A stretch of DNA of 64,000 bases, taken from contig JAGUYK010000025.1 in the NCBI GenBank assembly GCA_020061355.1, positions 47,815-111,814 of the forward strand, given 5' to 3'. Both the position numbers and the translations under genes were made by a program. Under the pieces are notes generated by a model that made no database searches, had not been told where the DNA came from, and worked only from the letters and a program-made list of their open reading frames with translations. The DNA is from Ignavibacteriales bacterium. GTDB taxonomy: Bacteria > Bacteroidota > Ignavibacteria > Ignavibacteriales > Melioribacteraceae. Each line of letters starts with the position of its first letter. The stretch's first letter is position 1. Shown here piece after piece: positions 1-9,653 of this stretch.

Positions 1-2
1 GG

Positions 3-293
3 GAGGGAGACGAATATTTAGATGGTGATACGAATAAAGTTAAAGTAACCGGTAAAGCCCATAATAAGGAATTTGTTATAACGAAAGCCGGAAGATTTGA
101 AGCAATTAGAATAGAATCTCTTGTTGAAGGTACTGCAAATTCCAAAAATAATGTGACCGAGTGGTTTGTAGAAGACGTCGGGCTTATAAAAGCAAAAATA
201 ATTATTGAAGGCGGCGGATTGATGGGATTTTTAAGGGATTTGCTTGGATATGGAACGATCGAATTCGAATTAGTAGAAATAAAAAAGCAATAA
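3..293 (+). CDS. 3' end of an upstream gene (partial, hypothetical protein)
   Basis: Frame 3 is open from the window edge to TAA at 291-293 (...GYGTIEFELVEIKKQ*). No family recognised. Absent from the ORF track because it has no in-window start. Confidence 0.4.
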   Translation, partial: EGDEYLDGDTNKVKVTGKAHNKEFVITKAGRFEAIRIESLVEGTANSKNNVTEWFVEDVGLIKAKIIIEGGGLMGFLRDLLGYGTIEFELVEIKKQ

Positions 294-331
294 GCGGATA
301 ATTATTACTTTCATAAAATTCTTGAAAGAAA

Positions 332-1540
332 ATGCTTGCATTCAGGTTAATATTTTTTGTGGCTCTCTATATTTTAAGCACAGTGAGTGTACAAGCTCAG
401 CAGAAATTCCATACACTCATCCGATCCTCACTCGAAGATGAAATTATAATACTCTCTGTTGATAAACCTGTTTATTTTCCCGGGGATACAGTCCATCTAA
501 CTTTTCAACGAAATGACAGTTCGGAAACTGTTGATGTAACTCCTTTCTTAATAATTGAAGGGACAATATTAAAATCTATAGACCACAACACATACACTGC
601 TAAGATTCCTCAAGGTTGCACACCGGGTCAATATCGGGTTCGTCTCAGAGTCCTGGATGCTCAAGGACGGCACTTTGTTTATGAAACTGATTGTAACGTA
701 ATTGTCGAAGAACACCAAATTATAGAGCAGATAAACAAATTTGTGAACATTGAACCCGAAGCCGGCAGTGAGGATTTACAATCAGCTCTTACATTAAACC
801 GTAATCAGTTACGAAACCTTCGAGTGGTATTCCATCGCGATAGTATCCGTTTGGGAATGGGACCGCAGTTTGTCACAATTAGGACGTCAGTACATTTACG
901 AGATGGTACAACGGCATTTACTTCTGAACGGCGAGTCCTGACTTTTCGAAGTGACAAAAATCCTAATCGCGATCGTGCAATGTTTTTACAATATCGTACA
1001 GCTTACGGTGCTTATGCAGCAATTCGGGCGGAGGAATTTACACAAGTACAGATTCAGCTGGACTCACTTCCTGATTGGGCTATTATCAAAATAAGCATCG
1101 AACCTGATTACACAATAAAAATTGGGGGTTACGATCCATCCAACTCTTACACTCGCTATTTCCGTGTAAAAGGTCCGAAGATTGAAATCGGTTTTTCTCT
1201 TGGTATTCCTAAAGTTTTATTCGATACGAAATCAAAAGACACCTTAAACTATGGTCACTTTAGTGCTATGATGCGATTTTATTATGTAAATGAAATATCA
1301 GGAAATCGATTCCCGGTTAATTTAGGGGTTGGAACGTTCGGTGTGAACTCACCAGTTGATGTTAATGTAGGTCGTGGCGGATTTGCTTTATCAATACTTC
1401 TTGATGTGGCAGAAATGATGAGGATAATTGGAATCGACTTTATTAAAAAAATTACTGCAGGTCTGGAATTTGTTCGATTCTTTCCGATAGAAAGGAAATC
1501 ACGCTTTTTAATTGTGGCACAGATAGGACTTGTACTCTAA
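332..1540 (+). CDS. hypothetical secreted protein
   Basis: 402-aa ORF with a signal-peptide-like N-terminus MLAFRLIFFVALYILSTVSVQAQ. No domain recognised. Confidence 0.6.
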   Translation: MLAFRLIFFVALYILSTVSVQAQQKFHTLIRSSLEDEIIILSVDKPVYFPGDTVHLTFQRNDSSETVDVTPFLIIEGTILKSIDHNTYTAKIPQGCTPGQYRVRLRVLDAQGRHFVYETDCNVIVEEHQIIEQINKFVNIEPEAGSEDLQSALTLNRNQLRNLRVVFHRDSIRLGMGPQFVTIRTSVHLRDGTTAFTSERRVLTFRSDKNPNRDRAMFLQYRTAYGAYAAIRAEEFTQVQIQLDSLPDWAIIKISIEPDYTIKIGGYDPSNSYTRYFRVKGPKIEIGFSLGIPKVLFDTKSKDTLNYGHFSAMMRFYYVNEISGNRFPVNLGVGTFGVNSPVDVNVGRGGFALSILLDVAEMMRIIGIDFIKKITAGLEFVRFFPIERKSRFLIVAQIGLVL

Positions 1541-1664
1541 ATTTATTTAAAACTTTTTCATTGGCGGAGTCAACAACTACTTATTTTCGGATTCTTAAAA
1601 GATGTTTAAGGAATGATGTTTTTGAAGTGAATAATTCTCATCCTGAATAAGTGTTGAATAAAAT

Positions 1665-1709
1665 CACCTAAAGGATGTAGTCCCTTTTTCATCCCTTTGA
1701 CCGATTGAA
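1665..1709 (+). promoter_or_regulatory. conserved upstream element, copy 1
   Basis: CACCTAAAGGATGTAGTCCCTTTTTCATCCCTTTGACCGATTGAA, 65 nt upstream of ATG 1774. Perfect direct repeat TCCCTTT-TTCA-TCCCTTT. Ends in the -35-like TTGAAT. Confidence 0.8.
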
Positions 1710-1773
1710 TTACACCATACCTTCTTCATATCTTCTTTCAGATTTAAGAAACAAATATCTAGAAGGGATTCTT

Positions 1774-3039
1774 ATGAATATTGATACAATTAATTCAACA
1801 AGTGTATTGAGAAGATGTCTGCGCTTCATAGTATTGATGTTGGTAGTTATTTTGATGTTGTCTTCCGTCGCGTATTCTCAACCATATACTAACCCTACAA
1901 CGGTTGACTTAAAAACTGCTGCCAATTTTAGAATTCTGGCTGGAAGCGCGGTTACAATTAACGCCGGCTGTACAGTTACCGGGGATGTTGGGGTGAGCCC
2001 GGGTACTGGGATGACCGTAGCCGGAATAGTGAATGGAAATATTCATACAACGGATGATGTCGCAAGTACAGCCCAAAGCGATTTAACTGCAGCTTATACC
2101 GACGCCGCTCAACGAACAGCTGATGCCACGTTGGACGTAGAACTTGGTGGAAAAACCTTAGGATGTGGAGTTTATAATTCTGGAACTTTTACGATAAACG
2201 GAGTGCTCACACTAAGTGGTACGGCTAGTGATATTTTCATCTTCCAGTCAGCTGCCACACTTATCACGGGAACGACATGCATTGTGACCCTACTTGGCGG
2301 TGCCGTGTGGTCCAACGTCTTTTGGCAAGTCGGCAGTTCAGCAACTATTGAAGGAGACTTCAAGGGAACTATCCTCGCTTTAACAGCTATTACGCAAAAT
2401 GCCGGTGCATCATCTGTTTTAACCGGTAGAGCATTGGCGCGGAATGGTGCTGTCACAGTAAGTGGCGCTGAGGTATTGCCGGTGGAACTGACCTCTTTTA
2501 CAGCAGAGTTAAAAAACAATTCGGTAGAATTATATTGGACCACAGCCACAGAAATAAACAACTATGGATTCAATGTAGAATTGAAAATTGAGAATGGAGA
2601 ATGGAACAAGATTGGATTTGTTCAAGGACATGGTAACAGCAATTCACCAAAAGAATATTCATTTACAGATTCACCTTTTGGTGGTACGAAATTCAAATAT
2701 CGTCTAAAACAAATAGATTTTGATGGAGCTTATGAGTATTCTGATGAAATTGAAGTCAACCTAAATCCGCCATCAAAACTTACTCTTGTTCAAAATTATC
2801 CAAATCCATTCAATCCAACAACAATCATTTCATTTGAAATTCCTGTGAAATCAAATGTTGTAATTAAAGTTTATAATGTGATTGGAAGCGAGATTGCAGA
2901 TTTACTGAACGAAGAAAAACTTCCGGGTAGACATCAAGTTGAATTTAATGCGTCGTATTTGCCATCGGGAATTTATTTCTACTCTATCAATGCGGGTGAA
3001 CTCAAACCAATTATGAAAAAGATGATTCTTTTGAAATAA
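1774..3039 (+). CDS. DUF3494 (ice-binding-like fold) secreted protein with T9SS C-terminal sorting domain
   Basis: Start moved to ATG 1774 (MNIDT..., signal peptide ending SSVAYSQ) because TTG 1705 lies inside the conserved element. DUF3494 hallmarks: LKTAANFRILAGSAVT, GDVGVSPGT, TAAYTDAA, DIFIFQ, NVFWQVGSSATI, TGRALARNGAVTV. C-terminal NYPNPFNPTT...GIYFY...KKMILLK is a type-A T9SS CTD. Confidence 0.85.
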   Translation: MNIDTINSTSVLRRCLRFIVLMLVVILMLSSVAYSQPYTNPTTVDLKTAANFRILAGSAVTINAGCTVTGDVGVSPGTGMTVAGIVNGNIHTTDDVASTAQSDLTAAYTDAAQRTADATLDVELGGKTLGCGVYNSGTFTINGVLTLSGTASDIFIFQSAATLITGTTCIVTLLGGAVWSNVFWQVGSSATIEGDFKGTILALTAITQNAGASSVLTGRALARNGAVTVSGAEVLPVELTSFTAELKNNSVELYWTTATEINNYGFNVELKIENGEWNKIGFVQGHGNSNSPKEYSFTDSPFGGTKFKYRLKQIDFDGAYEYSDEIEVNLNPPSKLTLVQNYPNPFNPTTIISFEIPVKSNVVIKVYNVIGSEIADLLNEEKLPGRHQVEFNASYLPSGIYFYSINAGELKPIMKKMILLK

Positions 3040-3181
3040 TATTAAATAAGCATAGTGCGTCTCTGTCATTATTTAGTTTTAACGAACTGTCAGCAAATAA
3101 TAAATCTAAATTAATGTAGTGTCTTATCATATAAAGCCTGGCACTGCGATTTTTACTTCCGAGAGATTAAATTATCACGCA

Positions 3182-3895
3182 ATGACTGACAAAGAAAATA
3201 TATCCCGAAGGGACAGATTTCTGGAAGCAAAAAACAGAATCGATTTTATCTTAAGCGCTGCTATCTTAATAGTCGCCTTTCCCTTTATGTTGTTGATATC
3301 TATTCTATTAATGGTAATCTTGAAATCATTTCCGCTGATAATCCAAAAGCGGGGTATAACTGTAGAGAACCAGGTCTTTAACATTTACAAGTTTAAAACC
3401 ATCGGGAATCCATCCCTTCGGAACAGGATTAATCCCTATAACCAGTTAAGCAGTGAAAACATTCTTTTCAAACCGGGCTTATCTCAATACGTACCGGCTT
3501 TCTGCAAATGGCTTAGAAAGACCGGATTAGATGAGTTACCTCAGATCTTTAACGTGCTGAAAGGTGAAATGAGTTTAGTCGGTCCCCGCCCTTTAACTAT
3601 TAGCGACCTTGAAGTGCTGAAGAATAAACATCCTCATTATTATCATGATCGCAACTTAATTACATTGAAACCGGGAATTACAGGTATGTGGCAAGTCTTC
3701 GGCAACAGAAACGAAGGAATAGAAAATTTGATTGCTCTTGATCTTTACTACTGTCAGCAGACATCACTTCAGCTTGATTTACAGATTTTACTAAGTACAA
3801 TTCTATTAGTCTCCAGTGGAAAGCACTCCGATGCTATTTTCCCGTGTATCTCTTATAATAAAGAATGGAACGCCTTAAGCGATACAAATTCATAA
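3182..3895 (+). CDS. sugar transferase (polyprenyl-phosphate glycosyl-1-phosphate transferase, WbaP/EpsL-type domain)
   Basis: One TM helix, then LDELPQIFNVLKGEMSLVGPRPL, typical of the bacterial sugar transferase family. ATG 3182 preferred over GTG 3119. Confidence 0.8.
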   Translation: MTDKENISRRDRFLEAKNRIDFILSAAILIVAFPFMLLISILLMVILKSFPLIIQKRGITVENQVFNIYKFKTIGNPSLRNRINPYNQLSSENILFKPGLSQYVPAFCKWLRKTGLDELPQIFNVLKGEMSLVGPRPLTISDLEVLKNKHPHYYHDRNLITLKPGITGMWQVFGNRNEGIENLIALDLYYCQQTSLQLDLQILLSTILLVSSGKHSDAIFPCISYNKEWNALSDTNS

Positions 3896-4010
3896 TTAAT
3901 TAATGTGTTAAGAAAAACTTTGACCAGCAGACATTTCCTTCAAATAGAGGCGATAAACAAATTTTTCTTGACAGACACATGGATCCCAATCAGAATACCG
4001 CGGTTAAATT

Positions 4011-4055
4011 CACCTAAAGGATGTAGTCCGTTTTTCATCCCTTTGACCGATTGAA
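4011..4055 (+). promoter_or_regulatory. conserved upstream element, copy 2
   Basis: CACCTAAAGGATGTAGTCCGTTTTTCATCCCTTTGACCGATTGAA. TTGAAC 4051-4056, 17-nt spacer, TATCAT 4074-4079. 114 nt upstream of ATG 4169. Confidence 0.8.
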
Positions 4056-4168
4056 CAATCCTGAATTCCTTCATATCATATTATGGCAATCATATAGCCG
4101 GATCGTGAAATATTTTAAAGTTACTTTGGAAATATGAAATAATTCATTTAAAACAAAGTATAAATAAA

Positions 4169-5734
4169 ATGAAAATTGCATATGCCTTAATTTTTTTGAT
4201 TTTATACTCAACATTTCATGTGGCACAATTTAAACCTACAGTTGAGATAAAAATCTTTCTGGATCAGAATAGATGGCTAAGCAGGCAATTGTCAGTAAAG
4301 GAAATTAATCGTTACTCCGATTTAATTCCTAATAAAATTAAAACATCTTCCTCCTACAATTTTGAAACCTCATCACCGGACACAATGAAATACAACATGT
4401 ATGGTGATTTACGGAACGACAACCCATTTTACAATCCAAAATCTCCGTGGTGGATGGTTGTTTTTAAAGTAACTACGTCCAATCTCTCAACCTTTTTGAT
4501 TGACAGGTATATCTTTAATTATGATTTCTCCACAGTTGGATTTAATTCATGGAAACATAACTTACAAACGGGATGGGAATGGGATGTAGACAGGTTTGGT
4601 ATGAATTATTTTTTTCATCCTTTTTCAGGATCAATGTATTACAACGGAGCGCGTACAAACGGATATAATTTCTTTGAATCTATTCCTTTCACATTTTTGG
4701 GTAGTTTAGAGTGGGAGTATTTCGGAGAAAATACACTCCCATCGTATAATGATATAATCAATACTCCGGTCAACGGCATTTTCCTTGGAGAGATATTTTA
4801 CCGGTTGGGCTCAAATATTCTTGATGATCGCACGACCGGTGCGGATAGATTATTCCGTGAACTGGCTGTTGCAATTCTTTCGCCTACAAGGTTTCTTAGC
4901 AGACTTTTAAGCGGGGATATCTCGAGATCAGTCCCTGAGGAAGTATATCAGAAAGAACCGCTTAATGTAACTTTATCTGCCGGGTATCATAAGGTTAATG
5001 AAGGAACAAAAATTGAGAAAGGAACGCATAGTGCTAATTTCAACATTCATCTCGATTACGGCAATCCGTTTGAAAAAAGGTCTCGCAAACCTTATGACTA
5101 TTTTAAAATTAGGACAGATTTTGATTTCGGAGTGGGAAGGAAAATTATTAATACTGTAACCGGCTACGGAATGATATTTGGCAGTAACATTCAAACCGGT
5201 GATCTGGAAATGTTAGCCGGATTTTTTCAACACATGAATTTTTTTGATAATAAAACTTTCGAATTGGGTACCATTGCATTTGGTCCCGGAATTATTTCCA
5301 AGCTGCCGATGAGCAAAGGTTCAAGTCTATATACTAATCTTCATATTAGTTTAGTGCCATTCGCCGGACTCAGTGGTCGATTCGGTCCAGACAATTCTCA
5401 GGTAAGAGATTATAATTACGGGGGCGGTGCGGAAGCGAAGCTTCAGAGTACTTTAAATCTTGGAAAATGGGTAAGCCTTACATTTATTGGTTACTACTGG
5501 TGGTTTCATACCTTTGTTGGAGATGCCGGGAATAATTACGTTGCTTTGATCAGACCGAGAATTGCATTTAATCTTTTTAATAATGTAAGCATCGGTTTTG
5601 AGCATATGGTTTATTACAGCGATAGATATCCTCGTGATTTTCCAAGTGTTCATTCTGTAAGAACCGAACAGAAAATTTTTCTTCAATTATTTATTGAACA
5701 ATTCAAATTCAAGAGATTATATGATGACTTTTAA
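4169..5734 (+). CDS. DUF3943-like secreted/outer-membrane protein
   Basis: Signal-like N-terminus. WEWDVDRFGMNYFFHPFSGSMYYNGARTNGY resembles the DUF3943 core W.D.D.F..N...HP..G..Y...AR. Assigned from memory of the family, not from a search. Confidence 0.5.
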   Translation: MKIAYALIFLILYSTFHVAQFKPTVEIKIFLDQNRWLSRQLSVKEINRYSDLIPNKIKTSSSYNFETSSPDTMKYNMYGDLRNDNPFYNPKSPWWMVVFKVTTSNLSTFLIDRYIFNYDFSTVGFNSWKHNLQTGWEWDVDRFGMNYFFHPFSGSMYYNGARTNGYNFFESIPFTFLGSLEWEYFGENTLPSYNDIINTPVNGIFLGEIFYRLGSNILDDRTTGADRLFRELAVAILSPTRFLSRLLSGDISRSVPEEVYQKEPLNVTLSAGYHKVNEGTKIEKGTHSANFNIHLDYGNPFEKRSRKPYDYFKIRTDFDFGVGRKIINTVTGYGMIFGSNIQTGDLEMLAGFFQHMNFFDNKTFELGTIAFGPGIISKLPMSKGSSLYTNLHISLVPFAGLSGRFGPDNSQVRDYNYGGGAEAKLQSTLNLGKWVSLTFIGYYWWFHTFVGDAGNNYVALIRPRIAFNLFNNVSIGFEHMVYYSDRYPRDFPSVHSVRTEQKIFLQLFIEQFKFKRLYDDF

Positions 5735-5775
5735 TTCCTTTATACTTTATATAAAATTATAGAATGCGTGCAGAC

Positions 5776-6582
5776 ATGAAAAAAACTTTTTTATTACTAC
5801 TCCTTACTATAGTATGCGGTTCTTCGGTCATTGCACAAAATCCTATTATAGAGGATTCCGTACAGCTGAATAAGTATAATTTTACTCAATTTGCATCTGA
5901 GTCATGGAGCTTCATAAAGCGACCGGTTGAATGGGAGGGAAGTGATTGGTTAAAATTAGGCATCATAAGTGCCGGAACATTTTTAATAATGGAAACCGCC
6001 GATCAACCGATTCGAAATGCAGTTTTAAAAGATCAAATACATTCTAAAAGTTTTCCACTTGAATTTGGCAGAATGTGGGGAGAACTATATTCACCAATTC
6101 TGCTCTTTAGCAGTTTTGCTATCCATTCATTGTTAACAGATGACACTGGAACCAGAAAAATTGCCTATGAGATTGCTCAGGCCTCTCTCTATACCGGGGC
6201 AGTTACATATTTATTAAAGGTAGCGATTGGGAGAGCGCGTCCTTATATGAATGAAGGCTCTAACTCTTTTCACCCATTCTCTTCATTCATTACCCAGGAT
6301 TATCACTCACTTCCGGGTGGGCATAGTGTTGCCGCATTTGCTTTATCTACTGTTCTTTCAAGGAACGCTAAACCGGTTTGGTTAAAAATAATAGCTTATA
6401 TACCTGCTGCACTTACCTTTGTTTCCCGGGTTTATCAAGAGAAACACTGGACCTCTGATGATTTCTTAGGTGCCGGACTCGGATATCTTATCGCGACCTG
6501 GGTTGTAGATCAACATGAGAATAATAAATCAATATTAGAAATTTCTTCGGCATTTCCGTTTTCTATGAGGATTGCACTCTAA
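5776..6582 (+). CDS. PAP2-family phosphatase (membrane-associated)
   Basis: Three PAP2 motifs: KVAIGRARPY, LPGGHS, SRVYQEKHWTSDD. ATG 5776 (MKKTFLLLLL...) preferred over ATG 5764. Confidence 0.8.
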   Translation: MKKTFLLLLLTIVCGSSVIAQNPIIEDSVQLNKYNFTQFASESWSFIKRPVEWEGSDWLKLGIISAGTFLIMETADQPIRNAVLKDQIHSKSFPLEFGRMWGELYSPILLFSSFAIHSLLTDDTGTRKIAYEIAQASLYTGAVTYLLKVAIGRARPYMNEGSNSFHPFSSFITQDYHSLPGGHSVAAFALSTVLSRNAKPVWLKIIAYIPAALTFVSRVYQEKHWTSDDFLGAGLGYLIATWVVDQHENNKSILEISSAFPFSMRIAL

Positions 6583-7161
6583 ACTATCTCAATGGGAGAT
6601 TCATAATAAATAATTTTAATTATTGTAAAAGAGATTAATCACATGAGAATAACTATAAACACACTGCTATGGTTAGTGTTAACCCGAATACTATTGGTTT
6701 TTATGTACTTCTATGGCTGGTCGTTTGTTGATAACATATTAAAAGAAAATGTCAGTTGAAATGAATTGTGGGTATTGAAATTTCCGGATGGATTCTCGCA
6801 TTGTTTACTTTTTGTTTCGGTCTCTTTTTTGGTCGGCTTCTTTTTAGAAGGAGAATGTAATCAGTTAAGAGCTACTTTAACAATATTCTGTTTTTATTAA
6901 AATGGAGTTAAATAATTCTTGACCAAGGAATTTTCAATATCGAATGTATTAGTTGGTTTTGGTGTAGGGGTATTATGCGGCGTATTAATCCCGGAACTTA
7001 ATCGTGTAGAGGAGAAAGGCATTTTATTGGGAATCTATTCTTCCTCCGAGGCAACTGGAATATCTGTAAAATGGCAACCAGGTTTTTTAAAATAGAAATG
7101 TGTGAATCATGTAATTTTTTTCCAGGATCATATATCATAAATAAAATTGGATAATAATAAT

Positions 7162-7773
7162 ATGGAACTTACTATTTTTCTTAAAGGTATAGCAATTGGT
7201 TTTGCCATGGCAGTCCCGGTTGGACCTATTGGAATTATATGTATCCGCAAAACTCTTACCGAGGGTCGACTACACGGACTAGTAATAGGTCTGGGGGCAG
7301 CAACTGCAGATATGCTTTACGGTTGTATTGCTGCATTCGGGCTTACAATTATTTCAGATACACTTAATGATCAAAAAATTTGGATAAGACTGGTTGGAGG
7401 AGCCCTTCTTTTTTTCCTGGGTATAAGAACATTTCGCGCCCACCCTGCTGATCCTAAAATTCCTATTAAAAGCAAAGGAATGTTCAGATCATATCTCACA
7501 ACTATTTTTTTAACGCTTACTAATCCTATGACTATCTTTGCATTCATAGCGATATTTGCTGCACTTGGTTTAGGAAACGGGCTCAGTTATTTTTCTGCAG
7601 CAGCTCTTGTTGTAGGTGTTTTTATCGGTTCATGTTTATGGTTTCTGTTACTTAGTTCCGGCGTTACTCTTTTTCGAAATAAACTGGACCTGAAAGGATT
7701 GCGGTGGGTAAACAAAATTGCCGGTGTTCTGATAATTATTTCGGGTGTAATTGCCATTGCAAGTTTGCTATAA
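7162..7773 (+). CDS. LysE/RhtB-family amino-acid exporter
   Basis: Six hydrophobic segments. N-terminal GIAIGFAMAVPVGPIG and central LTNPMTIFAF are typical of LysE translocators. ATG 7162 preferred over TTG 7147. Confidence 0.75.
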   Translation: MELTIFLKGIAIGFAMAVPVGPIGIICIRKTLTEGRLHGLVIGLGAATADMLYGCIAAFGLTIISDTLNDQKIWIRLVGGALLFFLGIRTFRAHPADPKIPIKSKGMFRSYLTTIFLTLTNPMTIFAFIAIFAALGLGNGLSYFSAAALVVGVFIGSCLWFLLLSSGVTLFRNKLDLKGLRWVNKIAGVLIIISGVIAIASLL

Positions 7774-7867
7774 TTTTTTTTCGAAAAAGTTTCATTTTGC
7801 TCATCAATAGCGAATGCGAATTAAACGATTTCTCATTGTTTATCATTCAATACCAAAAGGAATTTTC

Positions 7868-8539
7868 ATGAAAGATTTAACTGGTTTTTTTTCATCGGTT
7901 TTAGTTACGTTAATAACACTTCTTCCAATTGTCAATCCGGTTAGTACTGCAATTCTTCTTCTGGGTATTAGTGAGCATCTTAGTAAAGAAGATCGTAATC
8001 GTCAAATTACTTTAGCCTGCTTTTATATGACAGGAATCTTAGTTGTTTTTCTATTAGGCGGTCATTTAATAATGATTTTCTTCGGCATCTCGGTACCCGG
8101 AATTAGAATAGCCGGCGGAATGGTAATCGGATTTCTCGGATTTCGTATGTTGTTTCCCAGTGAAGAACATATTACTCAAAAAGGGAAAGAGGAGGCACTT
8201 CAAAAACCCGATATATCGTTTAGTCCGCTTGCAATGCCCAGCTTAGCAGGTCCGGGTGCTATTGCAACTGTAATAACAATTTCTTCAGCAATTGATAGCC
8301 GGCATGGTTATGACAAGGTATTTGCTTTCGCCGGTGTGGTTATTGCCATTCTTATAACGGCAATAATTTCCTGGTTGGTTCTTCGCAGTGCCGGTTTTAT
8401 TCGCCGGATTCTTGGAGTAAATGGGGTCGATAGTCTTTCGAGAATAATGGGTTTTATTCTTGTCTGTATAGGGATTCAATTTGTAATTAATGGAATAAAG
8501 GATCTTGCACTGGATGCCGGGTTCTGGCAGAAATTATAA
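7868..8539 (+). CDS. MarC-family (UPF0056) integral membrane protein
   Basis: Polytopic membrane protein with the N-terminal LLPIVNPVSTA motif typical of the MarC family. ATG 7868 (MKDLTGFF) preferred over 7814. Confidence 0.7.
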   Translation: MKDLTGFFSSVLVTLITLLPIVNPVSTAILLLGISEHLSKEDRNRQITLACFYMTGILVVFLLGGHLIMIFFGISVPGIRIAGGMVIGFLGFRMLFPSEEHITQKGKEEALQKPDISFSPLAMPSLAGPGAIATVITISSAIDSRHGYDKVFAFAGVVIAILITAIISWLVLRSAGFIRRILGVNGVDSLSRIMGFILVCIGIQFVINGIKDLALDAGFWQKL

Positions 8540-8899
8540 TGATATCCTTATTTGGGATTCCCAATCCAATACTTATATAATTATTCCGTGAAACAATAAA
8601 ACAAATGATCTTTCAGTATCTGCATTCAAAAACACCTCGTAAATATCTTTTTTATCGGGAAATCATCTCTTTTTATTAACTTTCTCCGGGTGATATCTAA
8701 TCCATCTTCATCAATTTTCCGGTATGATTGTTGATTTTTTTTTTTTGCATTAAACATTACATTTTAATAATTTTTAGCGGTTTTAATGACAAATAAGATT
8801 TTTTTAGTCCATTCTATTTTTTGTGACATTTGCAAGCGGATCAAGAGAAGTAAGATTTGGCAGTTATTTTGATTTTTATTTAGAACAATTGGAAACGTA

Positions 8900-9577
8900 A
8901 TGAAGAAAATACTGATACTGCTTATTGAAGATAATAGACTTCTTCGTGATGGTATAGCGACGATGCTCAAGAAAGAGTCTGATATGCATGTTGTTGCTAC
9001 GGTTGGTAATGGCGAAAACATTCTTCTGATGATTGATAAAAACAAGCCGGATATATTACTTCTCGATCTCGGTTTAAGAAGTCAAAACAGTCTACAAATA
9101 GTAAAATTAACAAAGCAGAATTTTCCGGAAACTAAAATAATAGTAATGGATCTTGTACCGCTCCAGGCAGATGTTCTTGAATTTGTGCAGGCGGGAGTTT
9201 CAGGATTCATACTTAAAGATGCAAACGTTGCGGAATTTTATAAAACTATCCGATCAGTTTACAATGGCGAACAGATTTTACCTCCGCATTTAACCGGTTC
9301 GCTTTTTTCTCAAATTGTTGATTATGCAGTCAATGGATTTAAACCGTCTATAGTCGCAGAATCGGTTCGCATGACAAAACGCGAAAGACAGGTAATTGAA
9401 TTAATAGCAGATGGTTCTACAAATAAAGAAATTGCACAAAAACTTCACCTTTCGACCTACACCGTTAAAAGCCACGTTCATAACATACTCGAAAAATTAA
9501 CGTTAAATACACGAGTGCAAATTGCTAAACATGCTCACCTCTCAGATTCTTATAAAACTGATTTAGACACTACCTAA
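8900..9577 (+). CDS. NarL/FixJ-type response regulator (REC + LuxR HTH), paralog 1
   Basis: REC domain (E10-D11, phospho-acceptor D56 in LLLDLGL, K106 in GFILKD). C-terminal LuxR HTH: LTKRERQVIELIADGSTNKEIAQKLHLSTYTVKSHVHNILEKL. Confidence 0.9.
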   Translation: MKKILILLIEDNRLLRDGIATMLKKESDMHVVATVGNGENILLMIDKNKPDILLLDLGLRSQNSLQIVKLTKQNFPETKIIVMDLVPLQADVLEFVQAGVSGFILKDANVAEFYKTIRSVYNGEQILPPHLTGSLFSQIVDYAVNGFKPSIVAESVRMTKRERQVIELIADGSTNKEIAQKLHLSTYTVKSHVHNILEKLTLNTRVQIAKHAHLSDSYKTDLDTT

Positions 9578-9608
9578 TTAATTAACCAACAATAGACTGT
9601 CGTTTACC

Positions 9609-9653
9609 CGTCCAAAAGATGTAGTTCCTTTTTCATCCCTTTGACCGATTGAA
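9609..9653 (+). promoter_or_regulatory. conserved upstream element, copy 3
   Basis: CGTCCAAAAGATGTAGTTCCTTTTTCATCCCTTTGACCGATTGAA, starting 32 nt after the paralog 1 regulator stop codon. TTGAAT 9649-9654, 17-nt spacer, GATAAT 9672-9677. 99 nt upstream of ATG 9752. Confidence 0.85.

Noticed and set aside
1675-1680. Minimal start-stop ORF ATG-TAG (ATG-TAA in copy 5) embedded in the element
   Set aside because: No Shine-Dalgarno sequence at a functional distance. Copies 4 and 10 have AAG instead of ATG. It is most likely a coincidental part of the conserved box.
1671-1699. RNA hairpin within the conserved element (AAAGGATG-N12-CATCCTTT), which would suggest a riboswitch or leader RNA
   Set aside because: The pairing is perfect only in copy 8. 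The 5' arm varies across copies (AAAGGATG, AAAAGATG, AAATGATG, AAAAGAAG) while the 3' arm stays CATCC(C)TTT. The changes therefore break pairs without compensation. This pattern fits DNA-level recognition better than RNA structure, though it is not formally excluded without transcription start data.
1699-1709. Sigma-28/ECF-like -10 (G[AC]CCGAT resembles GCCGATAA), with the element read as an alternative-sigma promoter
   Set aside because: No TAAA or GGAAC-type -35 at the required spacing. The CGAT moves by 3 nt in copy 4 and is absent in copies 5 and 6. The TTGAAn-N17-TAnnnT reading fits more copies.
1705-1773. Long N-terminal extension of the first DUF3494 gene from TTG 1705, as in the ORF track
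   Set aside because: The TTG lies inside the conserved non-coding element. ATG 1774 yields a normal signal peptide.
2172-2561. Antisense or alternative-frame ORFs nested in confident genes. Examples: 2172-2561, 13533-13850, 15234-15596, 16068-16625, 20786-21100, 24856-25173, 32061-32342, 41544-41900, 44222-44521, 56555-56872, 57479-57931
   Set aside because: All lie completely inside longer ORFs that have clear family signatures. They have low-complexity or odd composition and no start context.
8764-9045. Antisense ORFs 8764-9045 and 23227-23436, whose products resemble each other
   Set aside because: They are shadows of the conserved sense-strand response-regulator genes. The similarity follows from the paralogy of the sense genes.
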